Notes: a model not told the origin generated them from the sequence alone. Shown: positions 12,925-27,366, numbered from the stretch's first letter. The stretch is DNA of 64,000 bases from Eledone cirrhosa (GCA_964016885.1 OZ024742.1:66402001-66466000); one strand, 5' to 3'. A program made the numbers and translations.

Positions 12925-13098
12925 GAAGAGATATTTAATTTGTTAGAAGGTATATTATCCTTGGTCATGTCAAATATTTATAAAACATTTTGTATTTTAT
13001 TTGATTATAGCGTACCAAAATTTTTGGTACTCTTGAAATATATATAATAGAATAAATATGGTTTTATAAATATAGTTTTTATTTATTTAATATCAGTG

Positions 13099-13157
<59 letters not shown>

Positions 13158-13823
13158 CGCAAGAGTTGTGGGTCATACTTTCTCCTATATGGATATACGC
13201 ATATTGCGAAACCTCGAATATAACCTAAAATCTACAGCGAAAGCAATATCATAGTAAACATTAAAATTGTATACTCCCCCTCCTCCTCCTCCAGTTTATG
13301 GGTTAATATGTGTATGTTATAAAGAGAGAAATAGCTAGAATTAAAAACAAGAGAGATATGAATATCTGGAATACATTTTGATTTCGTGTCTGCTTGAACA
13401 CATCTAACACTGAACTAAACACCAACAACAATAATAATATGTATGCGATATCATTCAACCATCATTTAGTATTCTTATTTCTAATTCTTTCGTGTCATAT
13501 TAAATAAATTATTATGCATGGAATCATGTAACATTATCTCCTAGATATTCATCAGATAGTTGCGGTGTGGGTTTTGTAGCTCTGTCAACCTTATAGCTTG
13601 AATCAACAAAATATCAACAATTTTAGTCAATTTCCTGTGTAATGTTAGAAACAGTTAGATATTCACAGATGTGGCTGTGACTAAAACGTCACTATTCCGT
13701 TGGAAGAAATCCAGAAAGCTATTAGATCTCACAGATGGTAATTTCCTGAGCAACCAACTGTGAATAAGAGAGAAAAAGTAATATATCTTCCTGTCCCCAT
13801 ATCTATTAATACTTGATATATAT

Positions 13824-14228
13824 AATTGTTTCTTCTTCTGGCACAAGGCCAGCAATAACCCAGTACATTACTGGTACTTTATTTTATCGATCCCGTAAGG
13901 ATGAAAGGCAAAGTTAATCTAAGCGAGATTTGTACTCAGTCCGTAAAGGGACGTAACTGTGCTGCAAAGCATGGCGTCCAACCCTCTAGCGATACTGTAC
14001 TTGATATACAGTATATAATTGTTTCTACTTTATATAATTGTTTCTACTTTAGGCACAAGGCCAGCAATTACCCAGTGTATTACTGGTACTTTATTTTATC
14101 GACCCCGTAAGGATGAAAGGCAAAGTTAACCTCGGCGGGATTTGAACTCAGATCATAAAGGGAGGTAACTCTATGCTTCAAAGCATGGCGCCCGACCCTC
14201 TACCGATACTGCCAATCCACCGCCCTTT
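13824..14228 (-). mobile_element. Two head-to-tail tRNA-derived SINEs (Meta-domain type)
   Basis: Reverse complement of the 55572 consensus: GCCTTTCATCCTTACGGGGTCGATAAAATAAAGTACCAG core. Confidence 0.88.
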
Positions 14229-14309
14229 ATATAATGATATATATGTATATATAAAATAATTAAGTCAAATATGTAAAATTTGGCTTCGTTTATTATAAAT
14301 TATAGATAT

Positions 14310-14364
14310 ACTGCTATATATATTTCGGTGACAACCATCATGGGCTGTGACCTCTTCAGGTAGT
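14310..14364 (-). ncRNA. Minimal type I hammerhead ribozyme in a Penelope-like terminal fragment
   Basis: ACTAC-CTGAAGA-GGT.ACAGCC..GGTTGT.ACC-GAAA-TATATA-TA-GCAGT; palindromic helix III. Confidence 0.75.
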
Positions 14365-15399
14365 CCGAAGTGGTGTGGTAGAGACAGGTACACATGTTGT
14401 TGAAGTGTGTTTTACTCCGTCAATACTCCGATATGTCCAGCTCCTGGTTGCGTTTTTATTTCTCTGAGGAACTGGAATCATATGAATTAGAATAAACGAT
14501 TTACGGCGTCATAGGACACTCTCTCATAGCTTTGGTCAGTTGTGAGAACATTCCTCAGTCAAAAGTCTATAGAAATGTTTCTGAGGCAAGACAATCTGTT
14601 GTAGTTGTTTTTGTTTAAGTACAGCTGACCTCCTCCATTGTGTTAGTTGTGTTAGTGGTGTTAAGGGGTCAGCTGGCAGGTCAGCTTTGGTTTGCTGCTG
14701 CTTTGTTCAGAAGAATTTGTGTGTGTGGGTTGGCATCTATCCTGCCACCATTTCACGTGGTGGGGGGTGCCAAAGAATTTAAAAAATTAAAATAAAATGC
14801 GTGTGTGTTACAACCAATATCAAAATTTGGAAAATAGAAAAGCTGTGTCAGAATCGAGAAGTGCGAAGAATTACAATTCTTACACTATCATCGGGTGGTG
14901 CGTTTTAAGAGCAAATGAGACAAAAGTGGAGTGTAAAACACCAGAAACTGAGTGTCAAAATCCGGAAATGCAAAAGACTACAGTTCCTATTTCGGCATAA
15001 AGTACATATGCTTGTATGTCAACGCACGTCGTTGCAAGCACACACGCACAAACACAGGCTCGGGTGCATCCCGTATGTATATATATACATATATATATAT
15101 ATATACACACACACATTATACACACACACACACACATATACACACATATACATATATACATATACATACACACACACACACACACACACATACATGCAAG
15201 TATCTATGTATGTATAATTTTAAACAACAGTATCTATATATGGACATATGTATAAGTATGTGCTGCCATAGGCGTCGACCGAGGCAGGAGTAGGGGTGGT
15301 GAATGTGTAGGTGGTGGTTTACCTTTGGCTCGGTGTGGTGGTCCCTATAGCTTGAGAGAAGTTCCAATCCCAATGTGTTGTTATTGTCCATATAGCTTG

Positions 15400-16560
15400 A
15401 GGAAGGTCCCGGCCTGAGGTGTCTACATGTACCGAAGAAGTCAGTGCTGATGTTTATTAGGCTGCTTCCACCGCCGAGTATCTCGAGGGTCTCACTCAGA
15501 CTTAGTTTGCAGATGCCAGATCACCCTTTATCAGGTGGTACTTTCCTGATTTGGGACCAGCCCAGAGAGTATGGGGTCCTGCCCAGCTTGAGATTCCAGA
15601 TCAGTTCGGAAAGAGCCGTACTTTTCCTTTTGTCCTCCCTATCAAAGGAATGGCGATGGTAATACCATCGGTCTTTGAAGCTCGTTGATATGGCTCCTAT
15701 GTAAAAGTGTTCAGAGTTGGAGGGTTTTACCCTACATCCGTATATTAAGTTCTTCCTTATGCATTCATTACTGAGGGAGCATTCATTACTGGGGTTTCTG
15801 CAGTTGCAGAGGTGGTCGACCCCGAGTGCCTAATGTGGAGTTCCCGTTGCGTATTATAGGGTGGTCCTCCCCCAGGCCCGGTGTGGGGGTGGCGGAGTTT
15901 CTTGTGTCTGTTTGGGTTCCCAGAGTGTGTACTGGGTCCACCCTTCATTCCCTCCACATGGTTATGCTGGGTGCTTATATTGCCAGCTTCTGGTTTTGTG
16001 TAGTTTTTAAGTCTGCCCCTATTGATGCTAGCTATGTGCTGGGCTACATTTCGCGTGCTGGAGTGCGAGAGCTTCACACTGTGTCTCTGAAGATCTTGTG
16101 GTATCTATGGTCCCTCGGGAAGAATTTATCTAGTATTCTAAAGAATGACTGGGCTAGGCTTTTCTTTAGGGCCGCTGAGTAGGGTGGGTCGTTCCACGTG
16201 ATTTTTCTACGTCTATTCCTACGTGTGTGGGTTGAGCGTTATGTGGGCTGTTGGGGAGTTGTTGGGTTGTTATTGGTTCCCGCACTGTTGCTTCCCCTTT
16301 GGGCGCTATTTGTTTTGCTAGCGTCTCGGCCCGTACCTGTGTGGTGGTTGTTGCCCAAGCTGGAGTTCCTCCATCCGTCTCGCTTCGTGTCTTGCGGTTG
16401 GGGGCGTCGGGCCCGTGGTGGTTAGTATCACCCCTGAGACCGCTACTTGTACTGGATTTCCTCCCATGGTTAGACGTACGCATCCCTTTCGCTAATGTGG
16501 TGGTGTCGGGTACATGGTGCTTAAACAAACCAACCAGGGTACTTCGTCAAATGCTCCAAT
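15400..16560 (-). mobile_element. Penelope-like fragment (linker plus GIY-YIG), degenerate
   Basis: FFRILDKFFPRDHRYHKIF, VKLSHS; HFYIGAISTSFKDRWYYHRHSF..KSTALSELIWNLK; CKLSLSETLEI. Confidence 0.82.
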
Positions 16561-16725
16561 CTGCATACTGAGGTGTCGGTAAATAACCAACATATACTCA
16601 ATATATATATATATACTGTATAGTAATAATAATAAATTTGAAGACTAAAATCCAAAGAGGGCTCGATAAGGATAAATATATATCAAATGTATAAGAACCG
16701 TAGAGGAAATATATATATATACATG

Positions 16726-16798
<73 letters not shown>

Positions 16799-17373
16799 TA
16801 TGTGTGTGTGTGTGTGTGTGTGTATCAGAGGGAGTTTGACAGCTGAGATATATTCATTTGGGGGAATACATTATAGAATTTATATTCGAGTATTTCTCCA
16901 TTTAATATGAAATATACAACTATATATCCTGTTACCTGAAGGAGGAAACTAAGAACAAATTGGATGTATCCTTTGCGGTACTCCAAATGATGATCACAAA
17001 TATTACCGACCCCAAAACATATTGAAGAATGACACAAGCACTGTGGTATTTATTGCACCGCTTTTAAAGTTGTACGTTTTACAGTGACTTAGAATACATT
17101 GCTAGTGGCAATCACAGAATATATATAAATGCTCACACCTAAATTCATGCACACACAAATATATGTAATTTTTCTCACACTCAAATAATACCTTCTATGT
17201 TAAGGTTTCTCATATAGTTGTTGTCTATGAAAAACTCGTCTTACCGCCTGCATATCAAATGACTTCTACATCTCCATGGATTTTGTCTGAAGAGAAGATA
17301 TTTTAGCTTATGCTATACATAAGCCTTGCATCTTCGAAATACGTATAATAATATAAATTGGGATGGTCTCAAG

Positions 17374-18946
17374 CAGGGGTCGGCAACCCCCGACCCGCGG
17401 GCCACATCCGGCCCTCGAGTGATTTTTTACCGGCCCGCCATCTTACACTGGACACTAATTATCTAATTAGTATTGAATACAGATACAGTAGTTCATTTCA
17501 AGGTTGTGCCGACATGATGCCCATCACAAATCGCTGCTCATACCGTATATATTTAAAGATACCTTTGTAACCTTATTATATTTTCCATTTATTATTATTT
17601 CCTCTTATCCATCTTTTTCTAGGCTTTCTGCAAAGCATTATATCACCTGTATTATTATTTCCTGTGATTTCATGTATGTGTTTTTGTTCCAGTCAACAAA
17701 CACATATGTTGGCTGAAAGTATGCATTTTCGTCAGCGACTGGAAGGTATACTACCTTACGGTTCGCATGACTTGCTTTTATACCTATATTGTCATTCAAT
17801 AAAATCACTCGTGAATTATTGTCGTCTTCGTTTGCCTGACCTTACCTGTGCCCCTCTGGACAAGGTAAAGCTGTCCTTGGAAAAATTACTTCGTTCCCTC
17901 CTCCCCAGAGAATTTTCATTTGAGTTTCTTGTCTAGTGGTATAACAACTATACAGTAGGTATCTTTATTCGATAATAACATTTATTTAATTATTTGTGAT
18001 AAATTGTATGAATTATTATTATTAGAATTAGGCCAAAAGTGGTTTAAAAAAACAAATGGCAACCCTGATCTAACAACGTCGTTAGAAACCTGGTTTTATA
18101 TAATTTATTAATAATTATCATATTTTATCGCATTACTGTATTTGCATTTACATTTGTTTTCATTGTTTCTTATTTCTTCATTCTGATTATTATATTTTTT
18201 GTTCTTTTTCCTTTCCATAAATCTTTTTTGTTTGAACAAAAACAAGCCCATGGAAGCTAAGAAAAGAAAAGTCGATTTGGAGTGCCGAGCTTTTAAGAAG
18301 AATATCAGTTGGAGTTAATTGACTTACACTGCGACGAATCTTTGAAATAGAAACTTCAGTTCGAATCCACTGCTGACTTCTACAAGAAATATATATTGCC
18401 AAGCAGAAAATATAAAAACATCTTGACTAATGCGAAAATGATTATATCATTATTTGGAAGTACATATGCTTGTGAACAAATTTTTTCCAAAATGAAATAT
18501 ACTAAAAGTCATTTAAGAACAAGGTTGCCTGACGAGCACCTGGATGATGTTTTGCTCCTGTCATCGACAAATATGTCACCTGATGTGGAGAAATTATCGC
18601 ACACTAAGCAGAAACAAGTGTCTCATTAAATCATTTACCATTTCTAACTATTTCATTTGTAGCAAGGAATTTGCTTTTTTTTGTTGATTGTGATAGTAGT
18701 TGTTTTTCTGTTATTCCTGCAGTAAAATAAGGAATTTGCTTTTTTTTTTGTTGAATCTGTTTGTAGTTTTTTTTTCTTTGTTATTCCTGCAGTAAAATAA
18801 GGGGCCTTGTTAAAATAAAATTATATTAAATTCCTTGTTTTGCTTTAAACCTCCAGAAAATATATTTACATACTTAATAACATGGCCCTCCTCCATGACA
18901 CTGCATAGCTATTTGGCCCTCTCTCTCCAAAAGGTTGCCGACCCTG
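17374..18946 (+). mobile_element. Internally deleted hAT DNA transposon (Charlie/Buster/SPIN-like)
   Basis: TIRs CAGGGGTCGGCAACC / GGTTGCCGACCCTG; 8-bp TSD GTCTCAAG / GTCTAAAG; N-terminal MEAKKRKVDLECRAFK at 18250. Confidence 0.92.
18396..18629 (+). pseudogene. hAT transposase C-terminal dimerisation domain remnant
   Basis: SLFGSTYACEQIFSKMKYTKSHLRTRLPDEHL...KQKQVSH. Confidence 0.9.
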
Positions 18947-18962
18947 GTCTAAAGTAACTGTC

Positions 18963-19138
18963 TTGGCAGTATCTGTAGAGGGTAGGCCGTCATGCTTTGA
19001 CGCAAAGAGTTACGGATTCTGAGTTGAAATGCCACCGAGGTTAATTTTGCCTTTCATCCTTACGGGGTCGATAACATAAAGTACCTGTAATACACTGGGT
19101 AATAGCTGGCCTTGTGCCAAAAGTAGAAACAATTATTA
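18963..19138 (+). mobile_element. tRNA-derived SINE (Meta-domain type)
   Basis: A box TGGCAGTATCTG, B-box-like GAGTTGAAATGCC, Meta core, AAACAATT tail. Confidence 0.85.
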
Positions 19139-19598
19139 TTATTATATATATAATTTCTTTTTTATGTATGTATATATGTGTATATATATATATATGCTAA
19201 GAAAATGTAGAGTCGCAGAATAATAGATGTGAACGCAGCTCAGAAAATACCCCTATAGAGTGTCCAAGTGTCCAGCTGCCGCTACAGAGTGTCGAACTCT
19301 CTACCTCGGAGATTCCGCTTGAGTGCTGTTTTAAATTAAGCTGAAAGACATCTGAAGCAAGGTAACGTCTGAAATAAAGCTAAATGTTATTTTTTCAATG
19401 TGACAACATTTGTAAATAATCATTCGAGCTTCGACTGAGATAAAATACTTAGAAAATGTAAAATACCCGGATTCTCTTAGCTGCGCTCACAGCCTGCATT
19501 CCCGACTTTCTAGATTTTACAAACAGTTCAACTCATTCGGGGCTCCAACGTTTATTTACACATACTCAGACCCCCCCCCCCCACATATATATATATTA

Positions 19599-20100
19599 AT
19601 ATTTTACTCTTGATTGGCCAGAGGTGTTTATTTCCAGGTACCTTATAAATTTGACTTTCCGTATTTATTACTGTTGTGCGATATTGTGGTTTTTATTGGT
19701 TGTAACTTCTTTGTTTTTTAGCCTAGGAAAATATATATATGCCTATGTATATAATTACATGCATACATTTATTTTTTAAAATTAATTGAGTTCTTTACAC
19801 GAGGAATTGATATTGGTTTTGAAATAACTAATTAACCCGCGTGTGTTTTATATTTTACTCTTAATTCGGCCGGAGATTTACATTCCCATTTGCCCTTTAA
19901 AGCATAACTTTCCGTTATTTACTACGGTTACGAGATGCGGTTTCTTATTCAGGTACAACCTCTGATTTTAGCCTGAGAAAATATCTATATGCGTGTGTAA
20001 TTTATACACGCATATTTTTTTTTTTTTTATTTCAATTGAGTTCTTAACACGTTGGATTGATAATGTTTTCGAAAAAACTGATTAACCCGCGTGTATATTA
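19599..20100. repeat. Diverged tandem dimer, about 250-bp unit
   Basis: ATATTTTACTCTT, TTTAGCCT, AATTGAGTTCTT and ATTAACCCGCGTGT each occur twice about 250 bp apart. Confidence 0.8.
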
Positions 20101-22113
20101 TTTTTTTTCCTCCTTTCGTGGATCTTGGTTGTCTCCCCTTCCCGCTTAGTGACGCTACAATACTTCCTCAGTCAAAAACTGCTGGAATTTCAAATTTGCC
20201 GGTCATTCGATGCGGGAGGGAGCAAATTAACAGACACGATTTTTAACTATGGTAAGAAATGTTTTTCTTATATCAAAGTTTAATGGGCTTCCACTGATGA
20301 TTTATAAGCGCCCACCTAAATATATTCTTACATGAATGTATATTAGGCTTCTACATAAACTGGAAATATTCTCCGAATTTGTAGAAAACTAATAATGAAA
20401 CAATTGTTTGGAATGAGAGATATATTTTAACTTTAATTATATCTCATAAAATAATACAACTGGCTTTTCCACATAATACATATTGTTAGCACCCCAAACA
20501 CTTAAATTGGGTTTATATTACAATATAACCTAATGTTTGTTGAGTGAGATGGTTACCAGTCAGAGATTAGCTTTAAACTATCTCTGTTATTGTATTAATT
20601 TATATATATATATATATACATTAAAATTTAGAAATCTTTAGATTTTGAGAATCCTTTAGATTTTAGTATTTAGTTTTTGGCAATTTTCTGAATTCTGAAA
20701 ACAAATTTTCTTAATTTCCAACCACAAAGGAATCTGTGACAGACGGGCTGAAAAAACACACACACAATCACACACCACAACCCCCCTTCCCCCACACACA
20801 CACGTGTGTATTGCTAAAGGGACTGTGACAGACAGACTGAAAAAACACACACACACACACACACGCATATGTGTATTGTTATATATATATATACACCCTC
20901 ACACATACACTATATATATATATAGGTAAATTATTCCGGGTTGAATCGGAGGTAACCATTGTAAGTAAGGTACTCAATACATTGCAGAGCATACAAGTTT
21001 TAATATAGAAGAGATTCTACATGACTAGAACTGTTTCATTCGTGAGAAATCATGATCATCGCCCCAGTTTATTGCCTATCCTGTTTACATATATACGTGC
21101 ATACATGCACACAATTTGGCTGGAACTCGATTTCGAATATTTCCATCGCTTGATACTTAAGCATGAGCATCCCGAATGTGGCTTTTCAGTCCTGCTGGGG
21201 ACATGCCTGTGGCAGCAATACCATGCAGAGCAAAACATGGCACATATCAAACGATGCCTGTGCTTGAAGCTTTTTTAAGTAAGGAAAGCCATTGCATAGG
21301 GACAATCTCGCTCTCCGAACATCGAATGCCTTTTCCCAAAAGGCAGTACTGGTCTACATCATTGGCAGGTTTTATATTATAGTGACCTTCTCCTAGAGAG
21401 ACGTCTTAATGAAGACTAGGATTCTCTCGCTCCCCACGAAAAAATATAAATGAAAGTTTATTGGATGGCCGTTGACTCTCCTGCGTTCCTCCGCTCTTTA
21501 ACGGGTTTTGTTTTTCATCTTGAAGGATGTCCAAAATCACCCTCCTCCACAAGCAACCTTGGTGGGGTTGCCGGTTTAGTCACCGATGATCCGAACATAC
21601 ACAGGTTGTCCTGGATTACATGTTACCAGTAGCGCTGACGTGCGACCTGACATACATACAGAAATGCACACACATATATATTCCAGTTTCTGGAATGAAG
21701 ATAAAATATTAATTATGTCAATAAATTAAGACAGCCCCTATTGGATGAACGTCCTTCATAGGAACATTCAATATATAGTATACCAACACAATCGTTTTCA
21801 AGCAGCATGGTGCATTGAGAAATACGTGCGTCATTCGAATACCAAATAAATGTGTAAACATAAAGACAATATCACAGGATCTTAGTGACGCTAGAAATAG
21901 CAAACTTTATGCCCCTCTATCTACTCAACAATTAAGGGTTATCAAAATTCAGACAGAAAACTATTTGATATTAAAACATTTGGATATATCAATGAAAAAT
22001 GGCCATGGAGCGGGTTAGTATAAGTTAGACAAATAAATATTAGAATGTTTCGTTCGAATGTTCGCCCTGACTGTATAACTGAACAAAGAAGAGACACAAA
22101 GTGACAACAAATG

Positions 22114-22160
22114 TAGCCACTGAAGAGTCCGCAGAATGTGTGACGAAAGAGCTTTGACTA
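22114..22160 (+). ncRNA. Minimal hammerhead ribozyme at the end of a decayed Penelope fragment (about 21730-22230)
   Basis: TAGCCA-CTGAAGA-GTC..GAC-GAAA-GAGC-TT-TGACTA; same family as 7200-7242. Confidence 0.72.
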
Positions 22161-23222
22161 TCGGCAATTAAACAAACATCGGGTTATTTAACTACCCGAC
22201 TGAAAAATTACAGTATTAAATTGAAGTGGATATATATATAAATAAATAAATAAATATATATATATATATATATATGTATATAAAATGTTATCCAAGAAGC
22301 AAGAAGATTCCATGAGGCGGGTGTCATGGCCAGTACTATTACTGTTATATCTATATTTACTGAGGGCTGTTATAGGACCAACAAAATCAAATCAAAACGT
22401 GTCTACAAGATTATTTCCTTCGTCAAATTTGGCAATCTCCTGTTACATGGCCTCATAAATAACCATCGGGTCGTGGTCGATGTGACGTTGAAAGAATATC
22501 GGCCTTTATTGTAGTGAAATATATATCATGCCATTATATCTTAAATATAAACTTACATACAAACGAATACTCATATATATATATTTGTGTGTGCCTGTAT
22601 GTTTCGACGCGTCTGTGAGTGTATATACATAGTGACACGCACGGATATTTTAATGCATATAAATATATATACATACACGTATACCATATACATTTGAATA
22701 CATAGATATTATATGTTTATAATGGCTGTTAAGTTAGTTTCTAAACGTTCCCATTGTGGAAGAGATGCTATTTTAGTGACCAAAAATACAATTCGTTAGT
22801 TCAAAGGTGAATATTTCTATGCAATATTAAAATATATTGTTCTCTGTTCAACGATAGAATTTCTATCTTTTGTTGTTGAAATAATCTCACTATTCAGAAT
22901 TCATTGATTCCAATTATGGTAACTTTGCTAAAAGGAAAATATACTACTGCTATTACAATTTCGCAATTATCTATCCCCCTTTATCTTTCACTCCTTCTAT
23001 ATCTCCCCCCCCCTCTCTCTCTCTCACACACTTTCTCCCCCTCTCTCTCTGTCTCTCTTTCGCTTTCTCTCTGTCTCTCTTCGTTACTTCATAGCAACTA
23101 TAGCCTCAGATGTAAGTATTGCTTGGATATGCGTAAACACACACACATAAATATATATAAACATGCATATATATATATATATATATACATACATGCATAT
23201 ATACGCATGCAGATATATTCAT

Positions 23223-23495
<273 letters not shown>

Positions 23496-23974
23496 AATAT
23501 AAATGTATATAGAAATATACATTATAAATAAATATATACATATGTACTTATATGTGCGTGTATTCTGTTTGTGACTCCTTTGCTTATACAAGGTCTGTAA
23601 TCTAATAAAGTAGTATAACGCCATATTAAGCTAATCATTACATGAAGGTATTATTGGGAAACACAAAGAAATCTGCAAATATTAACGTAATAATTTTATT
23701 TGCCAGTTGACACTTCAAAATATTGCTCACTTGTATGGCACTAGTAATTACTTCTATGAGAGAATTATAAAGGATTGTTCTTATATTGATTTCAGAGTGA
23801 TTATTTCATGGCAATAACAAAACTTACATTTGTACATTTTTGAATAACATTTCTACATGGGAAGTCATTTCTAATTGTCATCCATTAATGCTTATTCATA
23901 TATTTTCCCGATATTAAAATGCACGCGATTATGCATGCGTGAAGACATGTATGTATGTATTTGAATTATATATA

Positions 23975-24790
23975 TATATCAAAGGTATATATTGAGTTAG
24001 AAACTCAAAATAGTCTCTTACAATAAAATACCTCTAGGAAAGAGATTTTTCCGAGCCGTATATTATAATTGAATATAAAAGAAAGATAAACACAGATATA
24101 TATATATATCCAGGAAGCTCCAACCGTTAAGTTGTCTTTTTTTCCGGGTATATCAATATTTATTTATAAATAAAATCTGTATTTTATCTGATTAAAGCGC
24201 ACCATAATTTACCTTGGTTGCCCTTGAAATATGTATAATAAAATAAATATGGTTTTATAAATATAGTTTCCATTTATTAATATATTGTATATGTATATAT
24301 ATATGTGTGTTCAAATCGTAAGGGACCAGATTCGCTAAGGTGAAATGAATACTGACTATGGACAATATGGTTTGCCAGACTCAATTTAAGAATAAGTTAA
24401 GAAAATAAATACAAACCGGAATTGTGGTAACTACCAATCACCCAGACAGATATGGCTTGGCTGTTTCAGAAAATTAATTGTGAAGAGGAATACCGATTCT
24501 TGATCATCAGTGAGTGAAGAATTAGTATCCTGGTCACTTCTAAGTATATTAAAAAACTGAATAGTCTGCGTATATATAATAACGCACATGGTATCGGAAA
24601 TTACACCACTAAAAATAGCAGGCAGGTTTACTCAACGTTTGAATTAGCTCAACAAATTCACGGAGCCGGATATATCAAAGGTATATATTGAGTTAGAAAC
24701 TCAAAATAGTCTGTTACAATAAAATAGCTCTAGGAAAGAGATTTTTCCGAGCCGTATATTATAATTGAATATAAAAGAAAGATAAACACA
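23975..24790 (-). mobile_element. Penelope pseudo-LTR-like non-coding element with a direct repeat of about 115 bp (23975-24092 / 24670-24790)
   Basis: ATCAAAGGTATATATTGAGTTAGAAACTC...AAGATAAACAC duplicated; HHR lies between the copies. Confidence 0.6.
24438..24517 (-). ncRNA. Type I hammerhead ribozyme with GUC site
   Basis: TCACTCA-CTGATGA-..AGAA..TTCT-GAAA-CAG..CTG-TC-TGGGTGA; 7-bp helix I, 4-bp helix III, imperfect base of helix II. Confidence 0.75.
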
Positions 24791-24912
24791 TATGTATACA
24801 TATATGCGTTCAAATCTCTCTCGCTCTATATATATATATATACATATATATTAGAAAGTGAGTTTTTTTTTACAAATTGAAAAATAACCGAGGTGTCCTA
24901 CACGAGTGAAAG

Positions 24913-25210
24913 TATAAAGAAAAAGAGATGAAATCGAAAATGCAACTGGAGTCTTATTTTTTTTTTAAAATATATATTTTTATTTGGTTCCTTTACCGGT
25001 TTCGCAGTTCTTCTGCTTTTCAAAAGGTGAGTTGAGATGGAGGGTCTGTGGTTTTTCTCACATCTGATGTGAGAAAAACCACAGACCCTCCATCTCAACT
25101 CACCTTTTGAAAAAAAGAACTGCGAAACCGCTAAAGGAACCAAATGAATATATATATATTTTTTTAAAAATAAGACTCCAGTTGCATTTTCGATTTCATC
25201 TCTTTTTCTT

Positions 25211-25214
<4 letters not shown>
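24913..25214. repeat. Long inverted repeat, arms of about 150 bp, 1-nt centre at 25065
   Basis: ..GGTTTTTCTCACATC-T-GATGTGAGAAAAACC.. with few mismatches along the arms. Confidence 0.93.
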
Positions 25215-25250
<36 letters not shown>

Positions 25251-27366
25251 GTGCATGTGATTATATGGGTGAGCGTGTTTATATGACTATGTCTGCGCGT
25301 TCGTATGTGAGGGGTGTTCATTTTACCGTAGCTACGAGTCCACCTAGGTTTGGGAAAAATATTGTATAGCCATAGGCTATCACATATTTTCCTACATGGC
25401 TTGGAGCTGGAGATTACATTAAGTGCACACATGTGTTTGTTGAACTCAGCCACTTAAACGACAATTGAATGGGAAGTTTGTTTAATGTACTCACAAAGAC
25501 ACAGACACACACATACACATACACACGTGTGTATGTGCAGCTATTTTTTCCGTTTATGCCCTTAAACGAACGCCTGAATACACGATATGGTTCAAAAGGA
25601 AAAGATTGATAGGAATTAGGGTGAGTTATTTCAGTCACTATTGGTTGTTCTGGTCAAATGCCATGGGGCAGATATTATTGATGCTAGCAAATGATTTATT
25701 CACTTAAGATATACACTTTTTTATTTAATATCTTGCTTTACTGAAACTGATTAATAATATGGCTGGTGTATCACATTAGATGTCATTCCTTAAAGTCAAT
25801 ATTCATTTTCTCATCGGTGGATTGAAAATCAAATATTTCTATTGAATTATTTCAATGAATTTGGTTTCTATTTAATAAGATCGTGACATTTTCTTACATG
25901 AAATATTATGTTTTGGCTATCATAACTTCTCTCGTGGTTAAATATGATAAATATCTTCTTTTTTTTTTTGTTATTGCAAAAATTATCAGCAGACATCTCG
26001 TAAGTGTTTAAATAAACGATATATAATTTGTACAGGATTACATTATTAAATCATTATTTTTTTACGGCATATCCTAGAATGCATGTACTATTATTGCCAT
26101 GGTCCGATTGGCTTCTAATATTCTCCTCTATTCAGACCGATGTTTAGCAACTCTCCGTAGCATTTGACCTATAAAAGGCATTTCCTTCAACTCGATTTCA
26201 GAGATAGTGTGTGTTTAGAAGCCAAGTCATTTACATTCTACATATTCTCTATTTTAATGCCACCTTTGGAATACTGTTCTACTCCATTCTTTTTGCGAGA
26301 CATTACTGCCTCTGCCGTTAACATATTCTGGCATTCTGAACCATATTATATGTGGCCATATTTTAAATGTTTTAAACCTAAAATGAAATGCATGATATAT
26401 AGTTAAATTTATAACTTAGTGTATCTGCTGAGACATGATCTTAAATATTTCAATATGCCTGCCTGCGCCTGTGTGAATATGAAACAATATCTCGTCGATT
26501 TATTTATTATCAGTTCCCAAATGCATATCGTTTTGATATCGTGATTTTGTTTCCGGTGAATATAACATGTTCAGTATGTTTGTCTTGAAATTCATAAATT
26601 ACTAGATTTCAACCAATTTATCGTGTAGTAGGACTACACCACCGGTTTTAACACTACATCCTGGATTCTTAGGTCGATTTAAAAGAGTGTACTGTAGCAA
26701 ACGAATGAAGTCACAGTGCACTCCAATCAACATTGCCTTAGAGTTGTTCAAGTTAGGTAACATCTCCGACGTCAGTCATTCCTTTAGACCGCCCTTTAAA
26801 AGTGTGATGCATCGGAAATGTAGACCCAGAACTACTACGTATAAAAAGAAATACATGACATTGTCAGGATTGGAATGCTTTCAGTTTGGGTATTCTCCAA
26901 CTCCAACAAAATTGCCCGCTGGACTAAAGTGCCACAACTATTTAAGGCCATAGACATTATCGTAAACACATAGATGACTTACCTGGGATTGAAGCGTACA
27001 ATGGGATTGTTGTTGTTGTTTTTTATTTGCATCACTATTTACATATGAAATATCTATGATTACTCTAATACTTTTTTACTCTTTATTTTGAGAGAGCTGT
27101 TTTAGTTCTGTTTTTTAGTATTATTTTAGAGCAATGCCTGTATAGACGGACACCAGTACTGAAATTAAAGCTCTGTGGTGGCAAATGGCAATGGATATAT
27201 TTTGAAAAACACACCGTAGTTGTCATTCGGACTTGATTTCCATTAATTCAATAAGTTTATGTCTTAAAAAGAAACATAGAAAATGAAATGTTTCTCTTCA
27301 ATTACACTTAAAGTTATTCGAGGAAAATTGAGCACGCCTAAAAAGACAAAACTAAAAACACAAGTA

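Noticed and set aside
25650-27250. Unique-looking sequence with a possible minus-strand splice donor near 26980
   Set aside because: No sustained ORF or recognisable protein; an exon cannot be supported without RNA data.
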